Assembly (NCBI RefSeq): GCF_009914755.1
Contig: NC_060932.1
Reading direction: 5' to 3' (one strand)
Length of the DNA stretch: 64,000 nucleotides
Source: the human T2T-CHM13v2.0 reference genome, Homo sapiens
The notes below the pieces were generated by a model. The model was not told the DNA's origin, did no database searches, and saw nothing but the letters and a program-made list of their open reading frames with translations. Shown here one piece after another: positions 39,848 to 53,849 of the stretch. The translations under genes and the position numbers were made by a program. Numbering within the stretch: position 1 is the stretch's first letter; the number at the start of each line of letters is the position of its first letter.

Positions 39848-39860
39848 AAACAACAACAAC

Positions 39861-39893
<33 letters not shown>
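39848..39893. repeat. (CAA)n(CA)n microsatellite
   Basis: Read directly from the sequence. Confidence 0.95.
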
Positions 39894-39895
<2 letters not shown>

Positions 39896-40050
39896 ATCTT
39901 CTCTGTTGGAAGTGAGCTTAAACTCCATAAAGGAGTTACCTGCCTTCCCTCATGGGCCCAAGATATTTTCCTTTCACATTCCTATAAAAGATTATATAAC
40001 TTCTGCTTGAACATTTTCAATGACAGAGAACCCACAAATCAAAACTTCTA

Positions 40051-40373
<323 letters not shown>

Positions 40374-40894
40374 CAAAACTCCCATTTCTTAATAAGTTTT
40401 TCATATATTAAGATCTGCTTTGCTGTAGCTTCTTACCCCCTCCTACCCCTACCCCCAACCCCGTTTACTCTGGTTCTGACCTCTGGAACTACACAAAATA
40501 AGGACAGCGCTTTGCTTCATGACAGTTCTTTAGTATTTTATAACTTGGATCACTGTCCACAGTGCATCTCATCTTTGCCCGGCTGAAAATATTCCTGGTC
40601 CTATCGTGTGTCCACATAATATTAATACATAATTTCAAGAGCTTCTGCTCTCCTGGTTACACTCTGGATAAACATTCTTCTCTTCATAATATATCTCACG
40701 TAAAAAAATGGTCCAAGTCTTAGAAACAGACCAAAGTGATTCCTGGTGTCCTTTCAGTGGAGGGCAGGACATTGTTAGCAGACCCTCTGGGATTCTCTAA
40801 TTCCACAGGACGTGCACTTTCAATTGCCTGTGATTGACTAGGCTATTTTACAACTCTGTTGGAATAGGGTTTAAGTTATAGAAAATGGATAACG

Positions 40895-40953
40895 ATGCAA
40901 ATGTTTCCTGCCCATAGCTATGCAAATGATACCCGTGCATGACAATGCAAATG
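40895..40953 (+). promoter_or_regulatory. Cluster of three POU octamer motifs (candidate enhancer)
   Basis: ATGCAAAT at 40895, 40920 and 40945; function is inferred. Confidence 0.5.
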
Positions 40954-41607
40954 AATTTTGTCTGGCAGAGAATATAAATCTCTGCAAATCAAAATCTCAT
41001 TTTAAATGGTTTTTAATTAATGAGTTAAATAAAATATTTGACACATTTATTTTATTTTTGTGATTTTACATTTCTGAAAATTATGCTTTTAACCCTCAGG
41101 AAACAGGTTCCCAGAACGCAGTGGACCCTTCCTGCTTGCCTGGTGACTCTACGTGTGGTGGGAACTCGAGAGCTTTTTAATAACCTCATTAGCACTATTG
41201 ACACTTTGAGTACAGAGTGAAACAAAACAATTATTTTCTTCACAGATGATACTGTAGCCAAGTTTCTCATATCTTATGCCTTTATTTTGTAACACGAATG
41301 CTAGATTTTTAAATATTTATTTCTTTTAAGTTTAATGTTGAGAATGTGAGCTCATTACTCCAGCCCAAGGAAACAATTGTCCTGTCATTTATGTCTTTAT
41401 CAAAGAACAAACCAGAATCCAAAACCGCTCAGAACTCAGAGGACTTTGGTAAGCAGAACCTGCTTTCACGGCCGGAATAGGGGAGAGAGAAGGGAGTACA
41501 AGGGTTTCTCTGCAGAAGCACAATCCAGCTGAGGCTGATGCAGGTTTGTGGGAAACTTACACAACTGGGGCTGGGAGGCTGTAAGCGGTCCTCTCCAGGA
41601 AGAATGG

Positions 41608-42104
41608 TAGTAACCACAGGAGCATCTCAAACTGGGCCTACTCTATTGATAATAGAATGTCTAAGTACCTTGTAGATATAACAGAGCCAAGACTGCAAGT
41701 CATATGGCCCAGGCATGTACAATAGGAAAGATTTGACCTCTGACATCCAAAACCAACAATTCCTCCCCACGGAACCAGGAAGACCAGGACACAACCAGAA
41801 CCTGAACATCAGAACCATTTCAAAAGCGAGGGGGTCTGACGGCCAGGAAGATCCAGGGCTAAAATCAGCCTCAACGTACCTTACCAAAAATAGTCACATT
41901 TGAAGCTCTCCAATCAGACCTTACCACACCAAAATCCTTTCTGCCTTCCAATCCCTTGAAACTTGCCGCAGACTCAAATTTGGGAGACAGATTTCAGCCA
42001 TGCCTTCTGTGTCAGCCTCTCAATGAATTGTTTTTTATCTCAAAAGCTGGTGCCGTAGTATGGCTTCTAATTACATCAAACAGTGAGACCATTTGCTCAA
42101 TAAC
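41608..42104 (+). mobile_element. Probable ERV LTR, family not assigned
   Basis: LTR-like composition, CCAAT box at ~41910, ends in ATAACA. Confidence 0.45.
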
Positions 42105-42671
42105 AGAATAATGCAAAATTGTCCATTTTTCTTTATACAATGTTACACATACTTCACTAAAATTACTCTCCTCAAAATAATATAAAATTAAGAATATAAA
42201 ATTGCTAGAGCCTCTCCAAGGGCCTTGCAAGGTACCCTGTGAAAGTGATGGGCCCTGAGCATAAGCTTCTTTGGCTTCCCCATTAAGTCTGTCTGAAGGT
42301 CTGCTAAGGTGTGTCAGTGCAGAGAACGTCCTCAGTACCTAGGAGTGCGACTTCCTGCCTATCTCACAATTTTCGTGTCATTCATTTCTGTGACTCCCAC
42401 CTCTTTACAAAAGATATGTAGAAGCTCCATGCACCTACTTTTTGGGGGTGACCACTAATTATTACTACTATTATTATTATTCAGCCCCATGACTTCCTAT
42501 ATTATTCTTAGAGATCACTTGGGAAACTGATTATCTTGATTTTAACAGAATGAAGTTTTCAAAGCTGTTGACCTTTATAAAAATCTAGTCTCCATGCACC
42601 TATTTTTTTGGAATCATTTAAAAATTATTCCGAGCTTACTCTGCTTTCCTTTTTAGAGGCCTCATAGATAC

Positions 42672-43027
42672 AGACAAAGAATCTTTGCTTGGCCAAACTC
42701 TACTCAGCCTTCTGAATATTCTTCTAGGCCCATCTGTGCACTTCCATGTAAAATCCAGTTTTCGCAAGACCCCTGCTAAGTCAGTTTAGCCTGAATTCAC
42801 CTTACCCCAGAGATTCCCTCTTGGTAATTTTTCCATTTGCTGACCCCTACCCTGCTCCTTGGCTCTATGGTCCCACTTGCCCATGCTGTACTCAGAGTTG
42901 AGCCCAGTCTCTCTCCTTCACTGCAATACCCCATCGCTGTGGTCCCCATACCTATTGCGGTGGACCTGAATAAAGTCTGCCTTACTGTGCTATGACAAGT
43001 GTCATTGAATAATTTTTTTCTTTAACA
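42672..43027 (+). mobile_element. ERV1 LTR (MER31/MER67-like)
   Basis: GACAAAGA...CCAAACT...CCCTGCTAAGTCAGTTTAGC; AATAAAGTCTGCC; ends TTTCTTTAACA. Confidence 0.65.
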
Positions 43028-43074
43028 ATACCTATTTTCAGATGCCTGAATTTTTTTGGGTTTTTTCCAGAGTA

Positions 43075-43735
43075 AAACAACAGATGTTGGTGTGGATGCA
43101 GAGAAAAGAGAATGCTTATACACTGTTGGTAGAAATGTTAAATCAGTATGACCTCTATGGAAAACAGTATGGAGATTTCTCAAGGAACTAAAAGTAGGAC
43201 TACCATTCTTCCCAGCAACCCCATGACTGGTTATCTACCCAAAGGAAAATAAATCATTATATAGAGAGACACCCACACTCATATGTTTATGGTGGCACTA
43301 TTCACAGTAGCAAAGTCATGGAATCAACCTAAATGTCCATCAATGGTTAAATGGATAAAGAAAATGTGTATGTGTACACCATGGAATACTAGACAGCCAT
43401 AAAAAAGAATGAAATAATGTCCTTTACAGCAACATGGGTGAACCTGAGGTCATTATCCTAAGTGAAATAACTCAGAAACAGAAAATCAAATACTGCATGT
43501 TCTCACTTATAAGAGGAAGTTAAACAATGGTATACACGGATATAAAGATGAAAATAATAGATGCTGCAGACCCCAAAAGCAGGGAGAGCAGGAAGGGAGT
43601 GAGAATTGGAGAATCACCTATTGTGTACAGTGTTCACTATTTGAGTGATGGGTATACTAGAAGCCCAAACCTCACCATTATGTAATACATCCATGTGACA
43701 AACCTGCACATGTACCCCCTGAATCTAAAATAATA
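43075..43735 (+). mobile_element. L1PB-like 3' end
   Basis: ORF2 C-terminal and 3'UTR motifs ATGGAATACTA...GTTCTCACTTATAAG...CACATGTACCCCCTGAATCTAAAATAA. Confidence 0.88.
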
Positions 43736-43769
43736 TTTCTTAAAGATATACAAAAGTATGAATTTTAAA

Positions 43770-44240
43770 TATTATATGCATGGGTCATCACAGAAAAAGA
43801 AAGTGAGTACTCGAAAAGCAGTGAGATTTGAAAGCTTATATACTATCTTAAAAGGGTAAGGGGAGGCAGATATAGGTCACGTGGAGAGTAAATGGTATTT
43901 AGGAAAGATGAGGGGCAGTAGAAGAAGAGATAGGAGATATGATCGTTTGGGACAACGTTTTTCTGGATTTAGTGTCAACTTCTAGTCTCCTCTGCTGTGA
44001 GAAGAGTCAGTCTTCTCTGGTTGATAAAATTTCCTGGAGAGGGGATTTATGACAATTGAGATCCTTTTGGAAGATCTGTCTTTAAGCAGATAAGCAGAGT
44101 TCAGAGAAAGCCTCTCCCTGAATTTGCTGTTTTTCAAATGCCTTCAGCTTAAAATAATCAAAGAGTGGCATATTTTTGGGTGGCACATCCCGAATTACTT
44201 CATAGTCATATTTTGGGGTAGCATATTCTGTTCTTTAACA
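43770..44240 (-). mobile_element. ERV1 LTR (MER34-like)
   Basis: Minus strand CAGAATATGCTACCCCAAAATATG...ATTATTTTAAGCTGAAGGC. Confidence 0.6.
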
Positions 44241-44737
44241 ATACAAGGAGGAAAATGCATGAGAAAAACAAAGAAATATCTGGGCTTTGAGAAAGATTTG
44301 GAAATAATGACAAATCAAATATCTATCCATTTACTTTACAAGCATTTGTTGATCTCCTTCTTGTGCCAGACAATAAACAAATAATTGCACTGCAGGGTTA
44401 ATAAGCACAAAGCTTATATGCAAAGCTCAGAGGCAGCCTAGAAGTAGGGTTGAGAGAATAGTGGGTTAGAATGTGGAAAAATTGGTCGAATGGGCTTTGG
44501 GAATTATTCCGTTGATTATTTAAAGAAGTTCTAGAATTTGTTAATTATGTTACACTTAACTTTGGAAAATATATTTGACCAATGCTTATATGGTGCTTAA
44601 TTGCTGTGTGCCAGTCACTGTTCTAAGCATTCTATAATTGTTAATTCAATTAACAATCCAATGGGATAGTATTGTTATCATTCCCATTTTATAGATGAGA
44701 AAACTGAGTCTCTAAAGGTTTAGAAAGCATGATTCAG

Positions 44738-45026
44738 GGCCGGGTGCAGTGGCTCACACCTGTAATCCCAGCACTTTGGGAGGCCAAGGCGGGAGGATCA
44801 CCTGAGGTCAGGAGTTTGAGACCAGCCTGGCCAACATGGTGAAACCCCATCTCTACTAAAAATACTAAAATTAACCAGGCATGGTGGCACGTGCCTACAG
44901 TCTCAGCTACTCAGGAGGCTGAAGAAGGAGAATCACTTGAACCCAGGAGGCGGAGGTTGCAGTCAGCCAAGATAGCACCACTGCACTCCAGCCTGAGTGA
45001 CAGAGTGAGATTCCATCTCAAAAAAA
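44738..45026 (+). mobile_element. Alu inserted in a MIR
   Basis: TSD AGAAAG(C/T)ATGATTCAG at 44722 and 45320 encloses the Alu plus the microsatellite. Confidence 0.95.
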
Positions 45027-45048
45027 GAAGAAAGAAAGAAAGAAAGAT

Positions 45049-45091
<43 letters not shown>

Positions 45092-45325
45092 AGGAAGGAA
45101 GGAAGGAAGGAAGGAAGGAAGGAAGGAAGGAAAAAGAAAGAAAGAAAGAAAGAGAAGGAAAGAAAGAAAGAAAGAAGGAAGGAAGGAAGGAAGGAAGGAA
45201 GGAAGGAAGGAAGGAAGGAAAGAAAAAGAAAGAAAGAAAGAGAAGGAAAGAAAGAAAGAAAGAAGGAAGGAAGGAAGGAAAGGAAAGAAAGAAAGAAAGA
45301 AAAAGAAAAGAAAGAAAGAAGAAAG
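45020..45325. repeat. Compound (GAAA)n/(GGAA)n purine microsatellite derived from the Alu tail
   Basis: All-purine from 45049 to 45325. Confidence 0.97.
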
Positions 45326-45432
45326 TATGATTCAGACGGTAGGTGGTGGAAACAGGATTTAAACCTAGACATTCTAGTATCAGGTTTCATGCTTTCACTG
45401 ATGTGCTATGCTGCTGTAAGAGCTTGAGTTTT

Positions 45433-45761
<329 letters not shown>

Positions 45762-45764
45762 CTA

Positions 45765-45935
45765 GGGAAGTGCTTCTAGAACTTTAATATGCATGCAAAT
45801 CCCTGAGGATCTTGTTAAAAAGCAGATTTGGTTTCAATAGTCTGGCTTGGGGTCTGACGTCCTGCATTTCTAACAAGCTCCCAAGTGACACCTGAAACAC
45901 CAGTGTTCCAGGAACCATAATTTGAGTTTCAAGGG
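45765..45935. mobile_element. MER5-like hAT element
   Basis: CTGCATTTCTAACAAGCTCCCAAGTGA motif. Confidence 0.7.
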
Positions 45936-47516
45936 TCTAGGATCTACAGTAGTTTTATTTTTCTTTTTTAATAAAATATGCTCATTCATAGATTTTTCTC
46001 TCCATGTATACTCCTGTGCTTCTGGGAAAATTATGCACAAACTTCACATTCTCATCACCACCATGAGTACTTGTGGCTCTAACCAACACCCTCTAGCATC
46101 AGCATATATCTGTAGTAAGAATGTGAATGGAGCAAGGGAGCAGAGTGAGGAAGATTGGTTGAGGTTAGGGAGAGCAGGAAGTCAAGAGAGAGGGGACAGA
46201 ATCAGGAAAGCAGAAGAAAGAATCCTAAGAGCAGAAACACCCAACTCTTTTGGCAAAGCTGTGAGGCATGTGTATATGTGTGTGTGTACAACCGCTTCTG
46301 AGTTCTTATTCCAAAACAGATTGTCCACTTCCATAAACAAAGTATTGTATACATACCTGTTTCTTAGTCCACTGAAAATGTTATTAATAACATCTATGAG
46401 GCCCTTGTGACTATCTATGCATCATCACTGGGCATGTATTCATTTCTTCTATGTGGAATACTGAAACTTAAATTGCATTCTCCCTTGACTAAGAGAACTG
46501 ATTTTTCCACAAGGTCTGTTACTTTACAAACTGCAGTTGTTTGAAAGTTTGATAAATGATTCTATAGTATCCTCATCTTGCCTATTAAATAGGTGGCCTC
46601 TCTGTTTCCTGGAGTAATACAAAACTTATCTCCATTCTTTGCCCACAAATAACTTCCAAAGCCTTTGCAGAGAGGAAGAAGTCTTATTTCTTTTGGAGAA
46701 TTTGAGTCATGGATCACTCTCTCTAAGAAGCCAGTATAGGCTGGTGGGTTATTTCACAATTCATGGCAAATTCCATAAATTTAAATCAAAGAAGATAGTC
46801 CCAGCTCAGAATAGCATTTTGATCTAAAAAAATGGTTGCTTTATATTTGCTCCAAATGATATTGTGATAATATCATAGTAGCTAAGGCTCACAGGTGCTC
46901 ACTTGGAGCCAGCCCTTGCTCTAAGCACTTTGCACATATTAACTTCCTTGTGCCCAAGCATCGTCAGGACTGTTGGCCATGTATTCCCAATTGTTTGGCA
47001 TTCTAAAACAGCTAACCATTTCTAGTAATTCCAAATAGGGACACATGTTCTTTGGTTCACAATTACAGTCATTATTATCCAATTTTTTATGTGTAAATGG
47101 AGGCACAGAGAAGTGAAGCAAATTGCCCGAGATCACACAGCTGGTAAATTTGAGAGCCAGAACCTGAAACTGGGAAGTTGGGATTCAGAGCCAAGCTCTT
47201 AACCACCATGTTTTGTTGTTTCTCAAGAGTGAACTATGTCATGAAACTGGAAAAAAGTCCTTATCAAAAAGAGAAACAGTGGATCTCATTAATATGTAAG
47301 CTGTGCTTTGAAACCAACAAAGGTGAAATATTTAATGAGTCAGCCAAGAGTTTTACTAGTCAGCTGCGGGAAAATGCAGCCATTGTTTTTGCAAACAAAG
47401 TAAGAGCAAAGGTACCATGTGCCTGGCCTCAGCCTCTGCCTGGAAGGAAGGGAACTAGGAGGAAGACCAGAGTCAAGTGGAAAACTAGAGGAAGCGCCCC
47501 ATCTCTGAGCAGCTTC

Positions 47517-47814
47517 CACCAGGCACAGTGGCTCATGCCTGTAATCCCAGCACTTTGGGAGGCTGAGGCAGGCGGACCATGAGGTCAGGAGTTTGAGAAC
47601 AGCCTGGCCAACATAGTGAAACCCTGTCTCTACAAAAAATAAAAAAATTAGCCAAGCGTGGTAGCAGGCGCCTGTAATCCTAGCTACTCAGGAGGCTGAG
47701 GCAGGAGAATCGCTTGAACCTGGGAGGCAGAGGTTGCAGCGAGCGGAGATCACGCCACTGCATACCAGCCAGGGTGACAGTGCGATACTCCCTCTCAAAA
47801 AAAAAAAAAAAAAA
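47517..47814 (+). mobile_element. Alu
   Basis: Full dimer; TSD AGCAGCTTC. Confidence 0.95.
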
Positions 47815-48169
47815 GCAGCTTCATAGGGAATGGAGTGACTGTATTTGAGGAGTCAGGGTGGTTTCTATAAGACAGACAATAAGAGATGGGGATTTGAAAC
47901 TATAAGAGTTGGATATTTTAGACAGTGAAGGAGGGAAGGTCTGCCCTGGGTAATTTGCCAGGATGAAGCCTTCCCAGCATGTAAATCCTCTGCCTCACTG
48001 TGGCCATTTCCCTCATAAACTCTTTTGAATTCCTGTCATGCTAGTAAACAGTAGGCATTCAGTTAATATTGTTCAGAGACAGCTGGTTATTGGATTTTGC
48101 TTTAGCCACATTTAGTCAGTGGGAGGTAGGGAGACCAAGCCATGAACTCACAAGGGGATAAAAATAGTG

Positions 48170-48640
48170 CTCATCTTAGCCATCTATTGCTGTGTAATAA
48201 ATGACTCCACAATATGGGGGCTTAAACACATTCATCATCTCACAGTTTCTGTGGGTCAAGAGTTTGGGTGCAGCTTGGATGTGCATCCCTGGCTCAGGGT
48301 CTCTCACCAAGGCTGTAGACAAAGTGTGGGCTTGGGCAAGGATTGATCTGCTTCCGAGTTCACATGCAGCTGTCAGCAACCTCGGTCCTTGGTGACTTTT
48401 GCCGGGAGTCCTCAGTTCCTTTCCACATGGGTCTCTCCACAGCACCAGTTTCCCTTAGAGAGAAAGTGGGGGGTGATGAGCACCAACACAAATCCTGAGT
48501 CTTTTTAGGCCTTAATCTTGGAAGAGTCATGCCATCACCTCCCCATTCTATTGGCTAGAAGCGAGTCACAGAAGCTAGCCTACACTCAAGGGGCAAGGAG
48601 AGCACAAGGGCGTGCTTACCCTTGGGGCACCTTAGAGGCA
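48170..48640 (-). mobile_element. MLT1-type MaLR LTR
   Basis: CTATTGCTGTGTAATAAAT...GGCTTAAAC...TCTCACAGTTTCTGTGGGTCAAGAG. Confidence 0.75.
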
Positions 48641-49164
48641 AAGGAAGACAGAAGCAGTGGCACAGATTTGATGAAGGAAAAGTCTCATCCAACAGTAAGA
48701 TTATGATTTTTGATACAGAATCCTTTCTCTACATATCTAAGCCACAAGAAGTCTGTCAATTAAATTATACAAATATACCATAAAATGCAGTGACATTTTC
48801 TTCCTATGGGCACCATTTGTTGTCCAATATCTGCAAATGCTGGACAATTTTCCTCCCTGGATGCACCACATGACAGTCAGCATGCCAGGACAGGTGTCCT
48901 ACTGTTAGGTATGCTACTGGCATTTGGGGCATTTGTGTATATATGGTGATCATTTATCATCCATATTGGACAATTTTAGATTGAAGGGACACTCTAAAAC
49001 TACCACGATCACAGGCAAACCAAAATGTGTAGTCACCCTCCTTTAGGCCAAGCCAATCTTCAAGGAGTCCCTTCTCCCTGCCCTCCTTCTTTTTCTCTTC
49101 TTCAGCCTCCATCTCACTCTGGTTGTTTTTCTTCCCTCATTTACTCCACTCTCTACTCTCTGTA

Positions 49165-49910
49165 CCATCCTTTGTCAGACGGATAGATTGCAAAAATTTT
49201 CTCTCACTCTGTAGGTTGTCTGTTCACTCTGAGGATAGTTTCTTTTGCTGTGCAGAAGTGCTTTAGTTTAATTAGACCCCATTTGTCAATTTTTGCTTTG
49301 GTTGCAATTGCTTTTGGCATTTTCCATCATGAAATCTTTTCCTGTGCCTATGTCCTGAATGGTATTGCCTAGATTTTCCTTTAGGGTTTTTATAGTTTTT
49401 GGGTTTTACATTTAAGTCTTTAATCCATCTTAAGTTAATTTTTGTATAAGGTGTAAGGAAGGGGTCCAGTTTCAATTTTCTGCGTATAGCTAGCCAGCTC
49501 TCTCAGCATCATATATTAAATAGGGAATCCTTTCCCCATTGCTTGTTTTTGTCAGGTTTGTCAAAGATCAGATAATTGTAGGTGTATGGTCTTATTTCTG
49601 AGTTCTCTATTCTGTTCCATTGGTCTATGTGTCTGTTTTTGTGCCAGTACCATGAGGTTTTGGTTACTGTAGCCTTGTCATATAGTTTGAAGTCAGGTAG
49701 CATGATGCCTCCAGCTTTGTTGTTTTTGCTTAGGATATTCTTGGCTATTTGGGCTCTTTTTTGGTTTCAGGTGAATTTCAAAATAGTTTTTTCTAATATT
49801 GTGAAGAATGTCAATGGTAGTTTAATGGGAATAGCATTGAATCTATAAATTACTTTGGGTAGTATGGCCATTTTCATGATATTGATTCTTCCTATCCATG
49901 AGCATGGAAT
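49165..49910 (-). mobile_element. L1PA ORF2 fragment
   Basis: ORFs [32 protein letters not shown] and [13 protein letters not shown] are L1 ORF2p sequence. Confidence 0.93.
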
Positions 49911-51935
49911 GGAAGACAAAATGTTAAAAATATGTTTTAATTACCACAGATAGACAGTAGCCAGATTATTGTTAGACAGGTGAAATTAAGGAAACTACAT
50001 TCACGAACTGAGTTATTCATTAAAATAATGCTGCTGCTTCCTCATTGAAATAACTCGGTTTCCCATTTATTGTTATTCTCTTGTCTTTCTTAGTAAATAT
50101 CTGTTAACTCATTCTAGGAAAGCATGTATATGAACAGAAGAATATTTTCTTAAAACCGAAAAAGAAATTTCTTGCAATCTTAATAGCAATCATTTCTGGA
50201 TCCTACACAGAGAAGCAATCCACATGGAAAGTAACAGTTAAAGTTTTTTAATGATCTTGAGAAACCATATGTCTTTTTAACTGTTTAGTCATTCAGGAAA
50301 GATGAGCACAAAAGTGTATTTTCTCTTTTTTCTCAACCCATCTAAATTGAATTGGCAACAAATATGAAATCCATTTCTCAGAGCTATTACAGAGTGCATG
50401 TACAGTATTATGAAATACAGTCTAGGCTGCTATTAGTTTTGCAGCAAATAAATGTTTCTATCATACAGTCCTTATCAAGAAAATTAAATAAAAGGACTGA
50501 TAACTGGTGGCTAATATTCTTTCATGAGCCAGCTTTTAAATAGGTCACATTGTTCTTCACTTCATTGGAAACTGAAAATAGCTGCTATATCAGCAATGTT
50601 TGTGAAAAATAGCACATTATCTGTAACTGTCTGGGGAGGGGACAGTGTATTTCTTTATAAATTAGACATCTAGTAGAACCATAAAGTTTTAAAATCTGAC
50701 AGCGGCTTTATAGCTCATATATTGAAGCCCTTCATTTTCGATCTGAGGAAGCAGACATCCAGAAATATTAAGGGACTGTGTAAAACAACTATTTAGTATC
50801 AGAATTATGGGTTCAGTAGTTAAAATCTCTATTTCAACTTAAGTACATTTCCTATATTTTTTTCTGAATAAAGACAGTGAGCAAAAAAGCACTTACCCTT
50901 AAATTTTTTCTGTAATAAGTATCCTTTATAAGTTTTCAGATTTTATCCCTTGATGAGTCTTAACTGTAATAAAAGTCAATGAATCAAAAACAGAAAAATA
51001 AGACAGATAAATAATTTTATATCAGATAAACAACTTTTCTCCCTACTGTCTTTTAAAAGACAGAGAAAGGAATCAGGGAAGGATTCTCTCTACCTGCTCG
51101 AAAGGGGCAATATTAGCCTCACTTGGAATGCCTTCTCAGAACCGACAGTCAAGCACACCCAGCCAAAAGCCAGGCTGCAAGAGACACTTTTGAACAAGAT
51201 CAGATTTTTCTCTAGTGCCAGATTGTCTTTGACCTCTCGGCCACTCATCATTTACTAAATACGTTACAGGTTGTACTTTGTGTATTTCTGGCTTGAAGAG
51301 GGCTGAAAGTGAAAGTTTTGTGTCCAGAACACATTAAATCAAGCTCCAATTTAGAACAGCCTTTTTCCTGTCTCCTGCTTGCTGCTAAGGGCCATTTTGA
51401 AAAACAAGAAAATGAACAGCTGGAAGGCTAAGCAATTAGTATTTTTTTTCTTTGTACTTGATCTCCTACATCTCAGCTCAAGGACATACAGGGAGACTCT
51501 GAGCTCTGCTAAATTAGTAGCTAGTGAAAGTCCCTTGATAAATTAAAAAGAAATGAATTAATAACAGTGCTTTGCAAGGTGAGGCCTGAAGCATCTCTCT
51601 GGCAGAGATAGCTTAGGATGACCCAGTTATGATGATAATGAAGGGCTGGATAGGTTGATAGTCCCAACAGAATTTTTAAAAATAGAAGATTGTGTAGAAA
51701 TGGTAACCCACTTATAAACAACAGGTAACATTTATTGAGCATTAACTGTCTAGCAGACAATGTGCTAAACTATCTTCAAGCATTATCTCGTTTAGCTCAT
51801 AGAAACCCTGAGAGATAGGTTTGATTAAGTAGTAGCTAAGTAGTAGCATCAGGGATTTGCATTCACTGCAGTCTCACTCCAGAGCTCACACTTTTCACTG
51901 CTATGCTATCATTTTGATAAGAAAGACATTTATCA

Positions 51936-52241
<306 letters not shown>

Positions 52242-53849
52242 GACAGTTATGAGCTTATGATGTGTTCAACGGTTTGTAATTATGCACAAAATCTTTTAAA
52301 GACGAGAGTCAAAGAACTACAATGGCTCCAAAAGTGTGAAGGAGAAGGCTCACAAAAATGGGCTAAGACAGAGAGAGATGCAAGTAGAAAAGCCTATGCA
52401 AGGCTGGAGGGATGATTTTGTCAAATGGTTTAGGAGAGGAGAAAGCAACAGCAATACCTGGCATTTTATTATCATCAGAGACAGGAAAGAGTGAATGTTT
52501 CCTTTCCCAAGTGGCCCTAATTTCAGGTAAGTAAGTAGAACAAAATAAATTCACATGGCTGGCTCTCACTGCATGTCAACTTCATTGTTCTGGTATTAGA
52601 AAATGTAAGATCAGACTAAGAAGGTCTTAATGAGGTCTTAAGAAAAGTAAGGCTGTGGGGCTTTCCTTCCAGAATTCAAACTATGTGTTTGGGTATGGAA
52701 AATCCCCACTCTGGATTTCTGTCTTGTCACTAGAGTGAAGATGCCTGGCCCTTTGGTTTCTAAGAAGGTTCTGAAGATAGGGTGATGTAGCTGGGAAAAT
52801 GGTAAACAAACATTAGGAAAAAATCACTGCCTGAAGTTAAAATGAACCAAATTTTAACCTAAAAAAAAAAAGTCACCTATTTTATTTACATGAAAAGGCC
52901 TATTTCAGATAAAAGTAACAGCCTTTTCCCTCAGTTTGTGTTATTCATGTTGTTTAATTTTTGGTTTGCACATCTGAGGGGTTCTAAGATTTCATTTCAT
53001 TTTGTATAAACAGTTTCCAAACTTGGGTAACATGGTTTCACTGTGGTGGAAAAGATGGAGCTCCCCACACACACACCATTCATTTGAAGTATTCCCAAGT
53101 TCCACTTTCCTCTGCAGAGCAGCTATTTAATTTGTGCAGCGGTGTTTGGACTAAAACATTTTGCCAACACTCTTACCAAATACTGACAGTTTCATTACAA
53201 ATTACAAAATTAGAAGGTCACAGGTATAGACTTTACACATTTCCAACTTACCTAGTTTAGCATATGATAGTTTTCAGTTTGCTTCAGTTCTTTATTTTTA
53301 TAGGTTGAGAAATAGAAACATACATTGGATTATAAGGTGCCTTCCAGTGATCCCTTTGTTAAGGGAAAAGTTACAATATTGGAAATAGATCCTGTGTTCA
53401 TTTGTGTATCTTTCTTTAATCATGCATTGTGGTTTTTGCTGACCTAAGAGAGGGCACATGCCTACAAAAGTTCCATCTCCACTACGTAAACAGTCGGGTA
53501 GTCTTCCAGGGCATTCCTTAAGTCATTAATGACATTGCCTGAACTGAACTGAAGTTATATAATAATATTGGACAACAATATTATTATTTCATTTCTAAAA
53601 GCACTTAGCAGATTGGAAATATTTATTAATAATTATGGTTTGACCCAAATGAAATATAATTACTAATTTAAACATACAAAATGTAGAGGGATAAAGTGAC
53701 AACAAATATGGGTTAAATGCATTCCATGACAGTGGCTCTTGAGATACTCCTAGAACAACCGCCCCTTCCAGAGTTCACAGTGCAGACAGGGGGATGGCCA
53801 TTAAGCCCCCAGTGGCAGAGATCTGTGTTAAATGTGTCATCCAGGGACC

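Larger units (their letters stand above)
25943..39978 (-). mobile_element. MER4 (ERV1) provirus, non-coding, hosting nested insertions
   Basis: Complete 3' LTR at 25943-26391 with adjacent polypurine tract; only ~26 bp of the 5' LTR start remains (39953-39978); 4-bp TSD TTCC on both sides. Confidence 0.85.

Noticed and set aside
44891-45427. 178-aa Lys/Glu/Arg-rich and 159-aa Phe/Leu/Ser-rich ORFs
   Set aside because: Translations of an Alu plus the GAAA/GGAA microsatellite
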